Source: Planctomicrobium piriforme
GTDB taxonomy: Bacteria; Planctomycetota; Planctomycetia; Pirellulales; UBA1268
Length of the DNA: 64,000 bases
NCBI GenBank assembly: GCA_945871035.1
Contig: CAMBUD010000003.1
Span: 25,238 to 89,237, forward strand
Direction: 5' to 3'
Both the position numbers and the translations under genes were made by a program. Numbering within the stretch: position 1 is the stretch's first letter; each line of letters opens with the position of its first letter. Shown here in pieces: positions 42,031-51,761 of the stretch. A model generated the notes under the pieces. The model worked only from the letters and a program-made list of their open reading frames with translations, did not search any database and was not told the DNA's origin.

Positions 42031-43941
42031 CTACGCAGGTGCCGGCAATGCGTTTGGGGTAGCCGTGATCTTTGAAAGACCCGAGTCTTCGCTGACAAAA
42101 CTGTTCCCCAATCCGATCATCACCTCTGCGGGCAACAGTTGCAGCGGCAGTCGCACAGTAAATTTGCTGCCTCGTCCCAGTTGACTTTCCACCGCAATAT
42201 CACCGCCGAGCAAGCGACACAGTTCACGGACGATCGAGAGACCCAGTCCTGTACCAGAAATTTCTCGTGTCATCGCATCGTCACCTGTCTGAAAAACCTT
42301 CCCTTGGCGAAACTTTTCAAAAATGGACTGCTGCTCCTCGGCAGCAATGCCCACACCGGTGTCGATCACCTCCAGCATAAACTCCTTGGGGACAGCCGCC
42401 GCTTCCAAACCGCCTTCCAAGGCCACCAGCCCCCCCCGCACGTTGATCTGTCCGCCCTCCGGCGTAAATTTCACCGCATTGGAGAGTAAGTTGGCAAGAA
42501 TCTGCTGCACTTTTGCCTGATCTTGTTCCACAGCCTCCACGCCTTCTCCGATCTCGAACTCGAGATCTATTTTTTTCCGTTCGGCCAACGGCCGAGCCAT
42601 ATCGCACTGTGCTGACACTACGGACTCCAGCCGAAACGCACTCGGCCGCACTTCCATTTTTCCAGCTTCGATCTTGGCGAGATCGAGGATGTCATTGATC
42701 ATTTCCAAAAGCATCCGGCCAGAGGAACGGATATTTTGCACGTAACGCAACTGTTTTTCATCGAGCGCGTTGATCGACCCCAACACATCAGAAAAACCGA
42801 TAATGCTGTTGAGCGGCGTGCGTAGTTCGTGGCTCATCGTGGCCAGAAAATCACTCTTGAGTCGGTTCATTTCATAGAGGTGCATGTTGGCTTGCGCCAA
42901 TTCATCGACTTTGTCATCGAGGCTGGTGTTGACCTTACGCAACTCCTCCTGCGAGTCGACGAGCCCGCGAAGCATCCGATTAAACGCCACGCCTAATTCC
43001 TCAAATTCATCTGCGGTGTGGATTTCAGCACGAGCCTGTACGTTGCCACGCCTTACTTCATCGCTGACATCTCGCAGATGCTGGAGTGGCTTCACAATGA
43101 CATACCGCACGATCGCGTAGGCCACGAGCATCGCCAGAAAGACCGTGATGATCGCGGTTGCCAGCAGAATCGCCCGATTCCAATTGATCGCCTTCTGCGT
43201 TGCTGAATCAGGCATCACGACTTTTACAACCGCCATCAATTCATTCTCTGCCAGTCGCGGCCGCTGGGCTCCAGGCGATTCCGCTACCGCATCATCTTTT
43301 TTGTTTTTGTACTCATGACAGACGAGGCAGTTCTGGCGGGCTCGAATCGGTTGGTAGTAGTGGTATTCTAAGTTATCAGCGGTGCGAAACTCACGGTATT
43401 CATTCGGCGGGCTGGCTTGTGACCGGCCACTCACTGACTGGTGAGTTGGATCGCTGTCCAAAGGCGCCTCTACAGCAGTGGTCTCAGGCGTTGGGCGATC
43501 TAGAAAATAGTCGAGCACAGCTGCATCGAGCCGCGTGTAGGCATCGCGATCTTTGGGTGGGGCATCCGGTGACAGCAGCAACCAACTGTAGGGTTCGCTC
43601 TGCAGGTTGCGGCCCAGGGTTTCGATAATGCTTGTGTATTTCTGATCGGCCTCAAGCGTCTTCCAGTGGTAGTGCAGCATGATGGCGTCGACGAGGTGCC
43701 GGCCGGTGCTGCGCGTTGTTGTATACACAAGTTCTTCGGTGCTGCGTCCATACCACCAAAAGCTGCCGGTAATGAGGACGAATAGACAGAGGCCGAACAG
43801 GAAGCGACACTTCCGCTCAAGGCTCGTTTCACCCAAGATGTCTTTCAGGGATCGGTATACCATGCCTGCCTGCTTTCCACCACAATCGTAACCTGAGGGA
43901 GTGTTCCTCAAAAAGACAGCAGCCTGGTCGCCGCTGATCAC
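42031..43941 (-). CDS. sensor histidine kinase with CxxCH-containing extracytoplasmic domain and HAMP
   Basis: There are two TM segments. The periplasmic region carries CLVCH at 43315-43329. HAMP (VKPLQHLRDVSDEVRRGN), H-box SHELRTPLNSIIGF, and N/G boxes (NAVKFT, DTGVGI, GTGLGLSIV). ATG 43863 is an alternative start. Confidence 0.85.
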   Translation of the reverse strand: MISGDQAAVFLRNTPSGYDCGGKQAGMVYRSLKDILGETSLERKCRFLFGLCLFVLITGSFWWYGRSTEELVYTTTRSTGRHLVDAIMLHYHWKTLEADQKYTSIIETLGRNLQSEPYSWLLLSPDAPPKDRDAYTRLDAAVLDYFLDRPTPETTAVEAPLDSDPTHQSVSGRSQASPPNEYREFRTADNLEYHYYQPIRARQNCLVCHEYKNKKDDAVAESPGAQRPRLAENELMAVVKVVMPDSATQKAINWNRAILLATAIITVFLAMLVAYAIVRYVIVKPLQHLRDVSDEVRRGNVQARAEIHTADEFEELGVAFNRMLRGLVDSQEELRKVNTSLDDKVDELAQANMHLYEMNRLKSDFLATMSHELRTPLNSIIGFSDVLGSINALDEKQLRYVQNIRSSGRMLLEMINDILDLAKIEAGKMEVRPSAFRLESVVSAQCDMARPLAERKKIDLEFEIGEGVEAVEQDQAKVQQILANLLSNAVKFTPEGGQINVRGGLVALEGGLEAAAVPKEFMLEVIDTGVGIAAEEQQSIFEKFRQGKVFQTGDDAMTREISGTGLGLSIVRELCRLLGGDIAVESQLGRGSKFTVRLPLQLLPAEVMIGLGNSFVSEDSGLSKITATPNALPAPA

Positions 43942-43986
43942 AGCGACAAGGCCCGAGCGGGAGCCATGCCTCAGAACGCTTCCGCC

Positions 43987-46263
43987 CTAGAGCATCTCAA
44001 CCGGGTCGACATCGATAATCCAGGCAACGTTATCCGGGGTCTGCAGGGTGGCGGTTGCCCGACGTACGAGCTCACGAAGCTGCTGACCGTCTGGGCCCTG
44101 AACCTGCAAGTGCCAGCGGAAGCGGTCGCGCAATCGCGTGATCGGCGCCGGGGCCGGGCCGAGCACGCGAATCATCGCCAGTGGCTCTTGAGCAACTTCC
44201 GCCTGGAAGCGACCAGAGATGTGGGCGGCCCAGTTGGCTGCCGCTTGTTCATCGATGCTGCGCACAACCACGCGAACAATGCTCCCAAACGGCGGATAGA
44301 GCAGCGTTTCTCGGATGGGTAATTCGCTGCGCACAAACGCTTCGTAATCGTGGGCGGCGGCAGCCAGGAGCGCCGGATGATCGGGCGTACTCGTCTGCAC
44401 GACCACGCGACCGCCAAGTGGCCCACGGCCGCTGCGACCTGCCACTTGGGTGACGAGCTGGCAGGTGCGCTCCGCAGCACGAAAGTCGGCTAAGTGCAGG
44501 GCGGCATCGGCGTTCACGACTCCAACGAGCATCACTGAGGGGAAATCGAGCCCCTTGGCAATCATCTGTGTGCCCACAAGAATGTCGATCTCGCGAGCGC
44601 GAAAGGCGTCGAGCGTGCGCTCGTGGCTACCGCGCGAACGCATCGTATCGGTATCCATTCGGGCCACACGGGCGCCGGGAAATAATGCCCGCACTTGCTC
44701 TTCCAGTCGCTGCGTGCCTGTGCCTCGTTGAACGAGTTGGGGTGCTTTGCAATCTGCGCAGTCGGCGCGCAGCGCCGTGACGCGGCCACAACCGTGGCAA
44801 ATACCCCGATTCCCCGGCTGGTGCAGCGTGAGTGCCAGATCGCACTGCGGGCACCGCACCGTGAATCCACAGGCGCGGCACTGCACGTGCGTGGCAAAAC
44901 CCCGCCTGTTTAACAGCAGCATGATCTGCCCGCCACTCTCGAGAGCCCACTGAATGCCAGCCGTTAATCGCGGACTGAGAACGCCACGCGAGCGACTCGT
45001 CGCGTCGCGTAAGTCGACGGTGATCACCGCCGGCAACTGCGAACCACCCACGCGGTCGGCGAGTCGGCACATTTTCCACTCGCCCTTCAGGCAACGCACA
45101 AATGTCTCCAGAGAAGGAGTGGCCGATCCGAGCACCAGCGGCACTCCTTCGGCCTGCGCAATCCATTGAGCCACATCACGAGCATGGTAGCGCGGCGCAG
45201 TGGCCTGCTTGAACGATGTCTCGTGCTCTTCGTCGATAACAATTAATCCCAATCGCGGTGCGGGCGCAAAAATCGCACTGCGGGCACCCACAATGACCCC
45301 GACGCGTCCAGCCGCAATTTCCCGCCACTGAGCGTGCCGTTCCGTGGCCGTGAGATGGCTATGCAAGACGGCAACGCTGCCAAAACGGGCCCGAAAACGA
45401 TCGCATGTCTGCGGCGTGAGACTGATCTCCGGCACCAGCACAATCGCTTGTTTGCCGTATGAAATCGTCTCTTCAACAGCCTGAAGATACACCTCGGTTT
45501 TGCCGCTGCCAGTTACACCAAAAAGCACAACCGTGGCGTGTTGCCCCTGTCGCAGAGGATCCAGAATCGCTTGAAGGGCATCGCGCTGTGCGGCGGAGAG
45601 TTGGGCGGGCCGATCGTGGCTGATCGGCAGTCGGGTGTTGGCGACCGGGCCGGTGATCCGCTCCGTTGAGCCGGCCTCGCACAAGAGGCCACCCTTGAGC
45701 AAGCGCGCGATCACCGCCCGACTGGCCCCGGTGATGCGGGCTAGGTCCTCGGCTGTTATCGGCGCAGACGCCGCCGCCAGCACCAGCGCCTGCGCTGGTG
45801 TTAGCTTGCGCTGCGACGCTGCGCCGGTTGCCATCAAGAGCGGCAGCATGCGCGTCGGCTTTCGCAGTCGTACACCAGCCGGCAAGACGGCCTCGAGCAC
45901 TTCTCCCCAGCGGGCCAGCCAGCGATCGGCCATCCATTTGGTGAGCTCAAGCATGCGGCGCGAGAGGAGCGGCTTGTCGTCCTCGACACCGACGACGCTT
46001 TTCAGTGGTGACTGCGGTAGTTCACCACTTTTAACAGACACGCAGTAGGCGATGCACTCGCGATTGTTCCGGCCCAGCGGAACGCGCACGCGACGGCCAG
46101 GCTCAACGGCAGCAGCCAGCGCATCTGGCACCAGATAATCGAGCGGCTTGGCCACGCCATCCGGGAGCACAACGGTTGCAACCAACCCGCAACGCGCATC
46201 ATCTTCGACCCACTGTGGCTGGCTTTCGAAGAGCTGTCGTTGACTCGTAGGCTGATGCGTCAT
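43987..46263 (-). CDS. priA: primosomal protein N' (replication restart helicase PriA)
   Basis: GVTGSGKTEVYL, VIDEEHE and the zinc-binding CRACGFTVRCPQCD...CHGCG insert. Confidence 0.9.
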   Translation of the reverse strand: MTHQPTSQRQLFESQPQWVEDDARCGLVATVVLPDGVAKPLDYLVPDALAAAVEPGRRVRVPLGRNNRECIAYCVSVKSGELPQSPLKSVVGVEDDKPLLSRRMLELTKWMADRWLARWGEVLEAVLPAGVRLRKPTRMLPLLMATGAASQRKLTPAQALVLAAASAPITAEDLARITGASRAVIARLLKGGLLCEAGSTERITGPVANTRLPISHDRPAQLSAAQRDALQAILDPLRQGQHATVVLFGVTGSGKTEVYLQAVEETISYGKQAIVLVPEISLTPQTCDRFRARFGSVAVLHSHLTATERHAQWREIAAGRVGVIVGARSAIFAPAPRLGLIVIDEEHETSFKQATAPRYHARDVAQWIAQAEGVPLVLGSATPSLETFVRCLKGEWKMCRLADRVGGSQLPAVITVDLRDATSRSRGVLSPRLTAGIQWALESGGQIMLLLNRRGFATHVQCRACGFTVRCPQCDLALTLHQPGNRGICHGCGRVTALRADCADCKAPQLVQRGTGTQRLEEQVRALFPGARVARMDTDTMRSRGSHERTLDAFRAREIDILVGTQMIAKGLDFPSVMLVGVVNADAALHLADFRAAERTCQLVTQVAGRSGRGPLGGRVVVQTSTPDHPALLAAAAHDYEAFVRSELPIRETLLYPPFGSIVRVVVRSIDEQAAANWAAHISGRFQAEVAQEPLAMIRVLGPAPAPITRLRDRFRWHLQVQGPDGQQLRELVRRATATLQTPDNVAWIIDVDPVEML

Positions 46264-46462
46264 AGATCTCTAGAGTAGCAGGCCGTGGATAAAGTGCCGG
46301 CAGGACCGCACGCTGCGGTCTTGGGTGCGTAGCACTCGGACAAAACGGACGTTTTGCAAGTGGAAAAAGTGTCTGGATGATTTTGGCCACGGACAGTGAG
46401 ACAGGGCTGCTCGTTGCCACGTCCAACAAAGAATTTTTTAGACCGCTGGAGGGCTCGCTTCG

Positions 46463-47110
46463 ATGCGCATTGGAGTTTTTGGTGGCAGTTTTGACCCGGT
46501 GCACACAGGCCACCTGTTGGTGGCCGAATGTTGCCGTGAGCAGGCGGCGCTCGACCGAGTCCTCTTTGTGCCGGCAGCCATCCCGCCGCACAAGCAGAAT
46601 CGACTGCTGGCCACGGCAGAGCACCGACTCAACATGCTGTCGCTGGCCTGTGGAGGGAATCCATATTTTGCAATTTCAACTGACGAGATGGATCGCGGTG
46701 GCATCAGCTACACCGTTGACACGCTTTGCCGCCTGCGGTTAAAGCAGCCGGCCGATGAACTGTTTTTAGTGCTGGGGCCGGATGCGCTCGCACAGCTACC
46801 AGGCTGGCATGAGGCGGCAAAAATCATTGAGTTGGCCGAGCTGATCGCCGTGGAACGCCACGCGCTCGACGACGTGCAGGCGGTTGTACGCGCGCCTGAG
46901 CTGAAGGCCTTGCTGGGACCGCAGCGGCTGGCGCAGGTCATTGCATCACGAGTGCGAATGCCAGCGATCGCCATCCGGGCAAGCGACCTCCGCACCGCCG
47001 TGGCCGACGGCCAGAGCATCCGCTACCGCACGCCCCGCGCGGTCGAACAATACATCGCTACGCACGGCGTGTACCGTTCTGCGGCTCAGGAAAATGGGTT
47101 ACCCGATTGA
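46463..47110 (+). CDS. nadD: nicotinate-nucleotide adenylyltransferase
   Basis: MRIGVFGGSFDPVHTGHL, IPPHK and ISYTVDT. Confidence 0.88.
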   Translation: MRIGVFGGSFDPVHTGHLLVAECCREQAALDRVLFVPAAIPPHKQNRLLATAEHRLNMLSLACGGNPYFAISTDEMDRGGISYTVDTLCRLRLKQPADELFLVLGPDALAQLPGWHEAAKIIELAELIAVERHALDDVQAVVRAPELKALLGPQRLAQVIASRVRMPAIAIRASDLRTAVADGQSIRYRTPRAVEQYIATHGVYRSAAQENGLPD

Positions 47111-47143
47111 CGCCCCGCAAAGAACAATCGGCTGGTGCCTTGG

Positions 47144-47416
47144 CTATCGATCGGCGGCGTTTTCCAAGGCCTTTAAGCGGGCGGTGAGCAAGCGGCTCGT
47201 TGGCAAGGCAGCAGCGCGTGGATCCTCCACGAGCACTCGCAACAAGCACTCCAGTCGGCCGGCAGGAGCCTGATCCCTATTGAGCAGAATCTGTGGGATG
47301 CCGCCCACTAAACACGGACCACCCGAGAGCTCGCCGAGTGATTCCTCCCTGATTTGATAGCCGATATCGCGGGCGAGTTGCAGCGATTCTTCCAGCAGTC
47401 CAAGCGTATCCGACAT
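47144..47416 (-). CDS. hypothetical small protein (90 aa)
   Basis: The ORF follows the upstream minus-strand gene after a 26-nt spacer and has coding-like composition. I recognise no motif. Confidence 0.45.
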   Translation of the reverse strand: MSDTLGLLEESLQLARDIGYQIREESLGELSGGPCLVGGIPQILLNRDQAPAGRLECLLRVLVEDPRAAALPTSRLLTARLKALENAADR

Positions 47417-47442
47417 GGGTTTGAAGTTTCGTTTTTGAGGTC

Positions 47443-48216
47443 TTAACGCGGGCCCATCGTCGGTAGCCCTAGTTGCTTGCGTCGCTCTTCCATTGCGCGG
47501 CGATATTCCACATATTCAGCCCGCTGCTCAGGGGTGGTGCGATCGATCATGGACTTGCGCCACTTGTTGCGAGTTTCCTCTGTACCGCCTCCTGTGCCGC
47601 CTCGCGACGACCCGCCGCGATTATCCGTGCTCCCTGTGCCTGTGCTGCCTTGCGGACTGCCGCTTGTTTCAGAACTGGCTGTGCGGCCGCTCGGCGTGCT
47701 GGCGACCGCTCTGCTGGCCTCCCAAGCTTTGCGCATCAACTCTTCCTGATTGATCTGCCTGTCCAGTTCGGCAGGTCGGTTTGCCGGCGGCGTTCCAAAA
47801 TAAGCCTTGATCCTTAACCGCATGGCCGATTGAAACATCCCACCGGTGTTTCGCTCCACCTCTGGCCGGAGATCTTTGGGGAGGCTCTTAATCTTTTCCT
47901 GAATGAGCTCCATATCACGAACGCCTTCTTGGGCCTGCAGCAGCGTGGTGGGACCACCGCTGGCAACGAATTGCTGCCGCAGGTTTTCCTGAAGCAAACG
48001 AATTTCAAGCACGCGTGGGTCGGTTGTGAACTGGATCCAACCCAGCAGCCAAGCGATGCCAAACGAGATCAATCCGAGCAGCAGTAAGACTGCTGCATAG
48101 CGGGGCCATGCTCTCGCAGAGCCGTCAGGAGCAGAGCGATTCGCTGGCGCAGAGGCAGTCGGGAAGCTGGTGTTTATGCGGCGAGAAGCAGAACTCATAA
48201 TAGACCTCACAATCAC
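47443..48216 (-). CDS. hypothetical single-pass membrane protein with a Gly/Ser/Thr-rich region
   Basis: One TM (YAAVLLLLGLISFGIAWLLGW), a low-complexity SGSPQGSTGTGSTDNRGGSSRGGTGGG stretch, and a charged C-terminal helix. Its start codon directly abuts the stop of the DUF1559 gene. Confidence 0.55.
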   Translation of the reverse strand: MIVRSIMSSASRRINTSFPTASAPANRSAPDGSARAWPRYAAVLLLLGLISFGIAWLLGWIQFTTDPRVLEIRLLQENLRQQFVASGGPTTLLQAQEGVRDMELIQEKIKSLPKDLRPEVERNTGGMFQSAMRLRIKAYFGTPPANRPAELDRQINQEELMRKAWEASRAVASTPSGRTASSETSGSPQGSTGTGSTDNRGGSSRGGTGGGTEETRNKWRKSMIDRTTPEQRAEYVEYRRAMEERRKQLGLPTMGPR

Positions 48217-48975
48217 TTATAAGTTATCGACATGTCCATCAAAGTAAAGAAAATTCCGGGCGCCTTCGGATGGAATTGGTCGCGTGGCATCGGGGTCATT
48301 GAATGCATTGTCATCACTGTTGGGAAAAAGATTAAACCCTACCGTATGAAACGCCTCAAACTCATAGAGCACCCACAGCTTAGAACTCGCGCCGGCAGTG
48401 CCGCGATAAAGGAGCGCCTCATTCCGCGTTTTGTTCGCTAATCTTCGCGCCGGATATTCGTAGCTAGTGCCCTCATAGGAAAGATCCTTGTACTCGGGCG
48501 GGCGGTCGTTAAGCGACCGACCGATGGCGGCTAATTCCGTCTCTAGTTCGGCTATCGCCTCTGGCGATTTGCGGAAATAAACGTTGTCGGATGGACAGTG
48601 AAACACCTCTCGGCTGCTTTCAATAAACGGACCCAACACGCTGGCAATGCTGGGCTTGATCGGTCGATCAGCGGTAAAGAATTCGAGCTCCTCACTGGGC
48701 AACACCGCTGCATCTGGAAACTTGCCCTTGCTCTTGCGGTCCATAAAAATCTGGACGGCGATCCCAATCTGCTTGAGATTGGATTTACACGTCGTGCGCC
48801 TGGCCGCTTCGCGGATTGACTGCACTGCCGGTAGAAGCAATCCGACTAAGAGCCCGATGATGACAATCACAACGAGGAGTTCGATCAACGTCAACCCCTG
48901 ACGGGGGCCGGGGCCATCACTTCCACGCCACTGGGAACAGGTGGGCAATTGGGACACGGTCATCGAGACTCCCAA
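48217..48975 (-). CDS. DUF1559 protein with prepilin-type N-terminal cleavage/methylation domain
   Basis: [45 protein letters not shown] is the hallmark N-terminus of planctomycetal DUF1559 proteins. The C-terminal motif is FLYFDGHV. Confidence 0.85.
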   Translation of the reverse strand: MGVSMTVSQLPTCSQWRGSDGPGPRQGLTLIELLVVIVIIGLLVGLLLPAVQSIREAARRTTCKSNLKQIGIAVQIFMDRKSKGKFPDAAVLPSEELEFFTADRPIKPSIASVLGPFIESSREVFHCPSDNVYFRKSPEAIAELETELAAIGRSLNDRPPEYKDLSYEGTSYEYPARRLANKTRNEALLYRGTAGASSKLWVLYEFEAFHTVGFNLFPNSDDNAFNDPDATRPIPSEGARNFLYFDGHVDNL

Positions 48976-49286
48976 AAAACAGACTGCAAAAGGTACGGGG
49001 ATGCGTCAGGACTGTTTAAATTAAACGATCGAGCGATCCAAAAGGTGTGCGTGGCCATTAGTGGAGGCCGGTTTCCCGCTTGGTCGATACTACACAACTG
49101 CCCATGTGGCTTGTATTTCTGGCGAAAAACCGCGCGAAAACGTGGCCTTTGGGCTAGGAATGCCTGTTGCGTCATCCGTGCCGCGCAAACGGCGTGCTGG
49201 GCTTTGGTTGGCATGCACGCTGGTCGGCTCAGGCACGGGGGCACCGCAGCGGCGACTGATGCACATCAGCAGGCAAAGAGGCCTCT

Positions 49287-50129
49287 ATGGTTGGGACTGG
49301 GGAACAGACAACAGGCGGACAAGCTGCGGGCAACCGTGATGGCGATGGCAGTAGCGGCGAACTCCGGCGGTTGTTGGACGTGAGCCGCTTGCGGCACACC
49401 GCTGAGCTGGCTGCGCTGCGAAGGCAGTTGCTAGACGCCCAGAAGGCAGCCAGCCTTGGCGAACTGCTCGGCACCACAGCGCACGAGTTTAACAATGCCC
49501 TGACCACCATTCTCAACTACGCGCGGATGGGCCTGCGCCACCGCGATCAGCCCACGCGAGACAAGGCGCTGGAACGCATTCTTTCGGCCGGCACTCGGGC
49601 GGCAAAGATCGCGGCTAGCATTCTCAACATGTCGCGGCCCGGCTCGAGCCGCTTTGAACCGACCAATCTCGAACTCCTGCTGGAAGATGTGCTTGTGTTG
49701 CTCGAACGGGAGTTGATGAAATACCGCGTGCAGGTGGAGCGTGAGTTTGGTCCCGTTCCACGGGTATCGGCCAACCCCAGTCAACTCCAACAGGTTCTCA
49801 TTAATCTGCTCGTGAATGGCCGACAAGCGATGAGCGGAGGCGGCCGTCTGATTCTCAGGCTCTCGCAGGACGAATCGCTGGGGGTCGTCGATCTGCTGGT
49901 TCGCGACACAGGTTGCGGCATGACGCAGGATGTGATGCGACGCATGTTTGACCCACACTACTCAACTAAGAGTGGCCCCGATGCGACCGGCAAGGGAGGC
50001 AGCGGCCTTGGGCTAACTGCCTGCCGTGAAATCATCGAAGGCCACCGCGGCAGAATTCGCGTGGAAAGCGCGCCCGGCAAGGGCACGGCGATCACAATCC
50101 GCCTGCCCGCGATCAAGCCGGCTGCGTGA
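49287..50129 (+). CDS. soluble orphan histidine kinase (HisKA + HATPase_c only)
   Basis: A coiled-coil leader is followed by H-box TTAHEFNNALTTI, N box NLLVNGRQA, and G boxes DTGCGM and GSGLGLTACREII. There is no TM or recognisable sensor domain, and no adjacent response regulator. Confidence 0.8.
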   Translation: MVGTGEQTTGGQAAGNRDGDGSSGELRRLLDVSRLRHTAELAALRRQLLDAQKAASLGELLGTTAHEFNNALTTILNYARMGLRHRDQPTRDKALERILSAGTRAAKIAASILNMSRPGSSRFEPTNLELLLEDVLVLLERELMKYRVQVEREFGPVPRVSANPSQLQQVLINLLVNGRQAMSGGGRLILRLSQDESLGVVDLLVRDTGCGMTQDVMRRMFDPHYSTKSGPDATGKGGSGLGLTACREIIEGHRGRIRVESAPGKGTAITIRLPAIKPAA

Positions 50130-50315
50130 GGGCACGCAGGCTCACAGCGGGATTGACCGCTGGGTGGCAGAATGGTTCTCCCCTCTTTCTCCCCTCTGCA
50201 GAACTGCTCTGCGGATGCCCTGCGATCCAACAGCCGACTATAATTTCGGCAGAGATGCCCTCCCGTTCCCAACTGCCTACAATCAGTCAAAACCTGCTCC
50301 GGAGATTGTCTTTTC

Positions 50316-51758
50316 ATGACCACACTACCTGCGTCTGCCCAACAGTTGCCAAAAACGCTCGCAGAGCTCCGCGCCAGCGGCTGGAAAAGCCGCAGCGTTA
50401 AGGAAGAGGTACGGGAGAATTTTTTGCGCATGTTGCGCGATCGAGTTGAACTGTTCCCCGGTATTGTGGGCTATGACGACACGGTGATCCCGGAAATCAA
50501 CATTGCTCTTTTGGCTGGCCACGACATGCTTTTTCTGGGTGAAAAAGGACAGGCCAAGAGCCGCTTGATGCGATTGCTGGTCGGTTTTCTGGACGAGTAC
50601 CTGCCCTATCTCGATGATCCGGCCATTCCCTTTCACGATGATCCTTACCGACCGATCACCAGCGCCGGCAAACGACTCGTGGCCGACCGCAACGAAACTG
50701 AAATCCCGATCGCCTGGTGGCCCCGCGCTCAGCGGTATGCCGAACGGCTTGCGCCAGGCACAAAGTTTGCCGACATCATCGGTGAGATCGACCCCGCAAA
50801 ATTAGCGGGCGGCACAAGCATGTCAACGGAAGAGGCTCTGCATTTTGGACTGATTCCCCGCTTGCATCGTGGCATCTTCGCAATGAATGAGCTCCCCGAA
50901 CTCGACGAACTCGTCCAGGTTGGGATGTTCAACATCCTCGAAGAGCGAGATGTGCAGATTCGCGGCTACCCCATCAAGTTTGACATCGACGTGATGCTGC
51001 TTTTTTCAGCCAATCCCGCGACCTACAACCGCTCCGGAAAGGTGATTCCACAACTCAAAGACCGCATCGGCGCGATGATTCAGACGCATTATCCCCGTGA
51101 ACGCGATCTCGGCATTCGGGTATTCGAACAGGAATCGGCGATTGATCTCGGGGGCGAATGGCCGGTTTTAGTGCCCTACTTCATGAAGGAGATTCTCGAG
51201 GAGATCACCATCGCGGCCCGTAAGAGCACTTTTATCGACCAGCAGTCGGGGGTGAGCACCCGGTTTTCAATCGCAAATTACAAAACGCTCGTGGCCAGCA
51301 CGCGGCAGCGCGGCGTGTTGCTCGGGGAGAAGCCCGCCGTGCCGCGCATCAGCGACATGGGGCATCTCTATGCATCGGGTCTGGGGAAACTCGAACTCGA
51401 CATGATGGGGAGCCATCAGATGACCGAGCGACAGGTGCTCGACAACGTGATTGCCGAGGCGATTGCCAGCGTGTTTGCCGAATATGTCGAAAAGCACGGA
51501 CTCGATCAGATCGCCAAGGTGTTTGCCGAGGGTGTAAAGATTGAGGTTGGCGATGCAGTGCCGTCTTCGTCGTACGAAAATATTGTTGCCGATGTGCCAG
51601 CCATCTGGGAGAAGGCCTTTGAAGTAAACGCCTCGCAGAACCCAGCCATTCGCGCCAGTTGCATCGAGTTTGTGCTGGCGGGTCTCTACGCCACCGAACG
51701 GATTTCACGGATTCAAATGCACGGTCGCACGATTTACGACACCCGCGGTTTTCGTTAA
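50316..51758 (+). CDS. AAA+ ATPase, Mg-chelatase ChlI-like / MoxR-related
   Basis: Deviant Walker A GEKGQAKS, Walker-B-like [13 protein letters not shown], and an LLFSANP sensor region. A 480-aa soluble protein 3 nt upstream of a VWA protein. Confidence 0.7.
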   Translation: MTTLPASAQQLPKTLAELRASGWKSRSVKEEVRENFLRMLRDRVELFPGIVGYDDTVIPEINIALLAGHDMLFLGEKGQAKSRLMRLLVGFLDEYLPYLDDPAIPFHDDPYRPITSAGKRLVADRNETEIPIAWWPRAQRYAERLAPGTKFADIIGEIDPAKLAGGTSMSTEEALHFGLIPRLHRGIFAMNELPELDELVQVGMFNILEERDVQIRGYPIKFDIDVMLLFSANPATYNRSGKVIPQLKDRIGAMIQTHYPRERDLGIRVFEQESAIDLGGEWPVLVPYFMKEILEEITIAARKSTFIDQQSGVSTRFSIANYKTLVASTRQRGVLLGEKPAVPRISDMGHLYASGLGKLELDMMGSHQMTERQVLDNVIAEAIASVFAEYVEKHGLDQIAKVFAEGVKIEVGDAVPSSSYENIVADVPAIWEKAFEVNASQNPAIRASCIEFVLAGLYATERISRIQMHGRTIYDTRGFR

Positions 51759-51761
51759 GCC

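Noticed and set aside
49256-49269. A 14-bp palindrome, CTGATGCACATCAG, 18 nt upstream of the orphan kinase start.
   Set aside because: With only 6-bp arms, such palindromes are expected by chance many times in 64 kb, and I have no second copy or known operator to compare.
50165-50180. A sigma-54-like promoter element, TGGCAG-N5-TTCT, upstream of the AAA+ ATPase gene.
   Set aside because: The -12 element lacks the conserved GC (TTCT instead of TTGC), and no enhancer-binding protein is nearby. The match is too weak to call.
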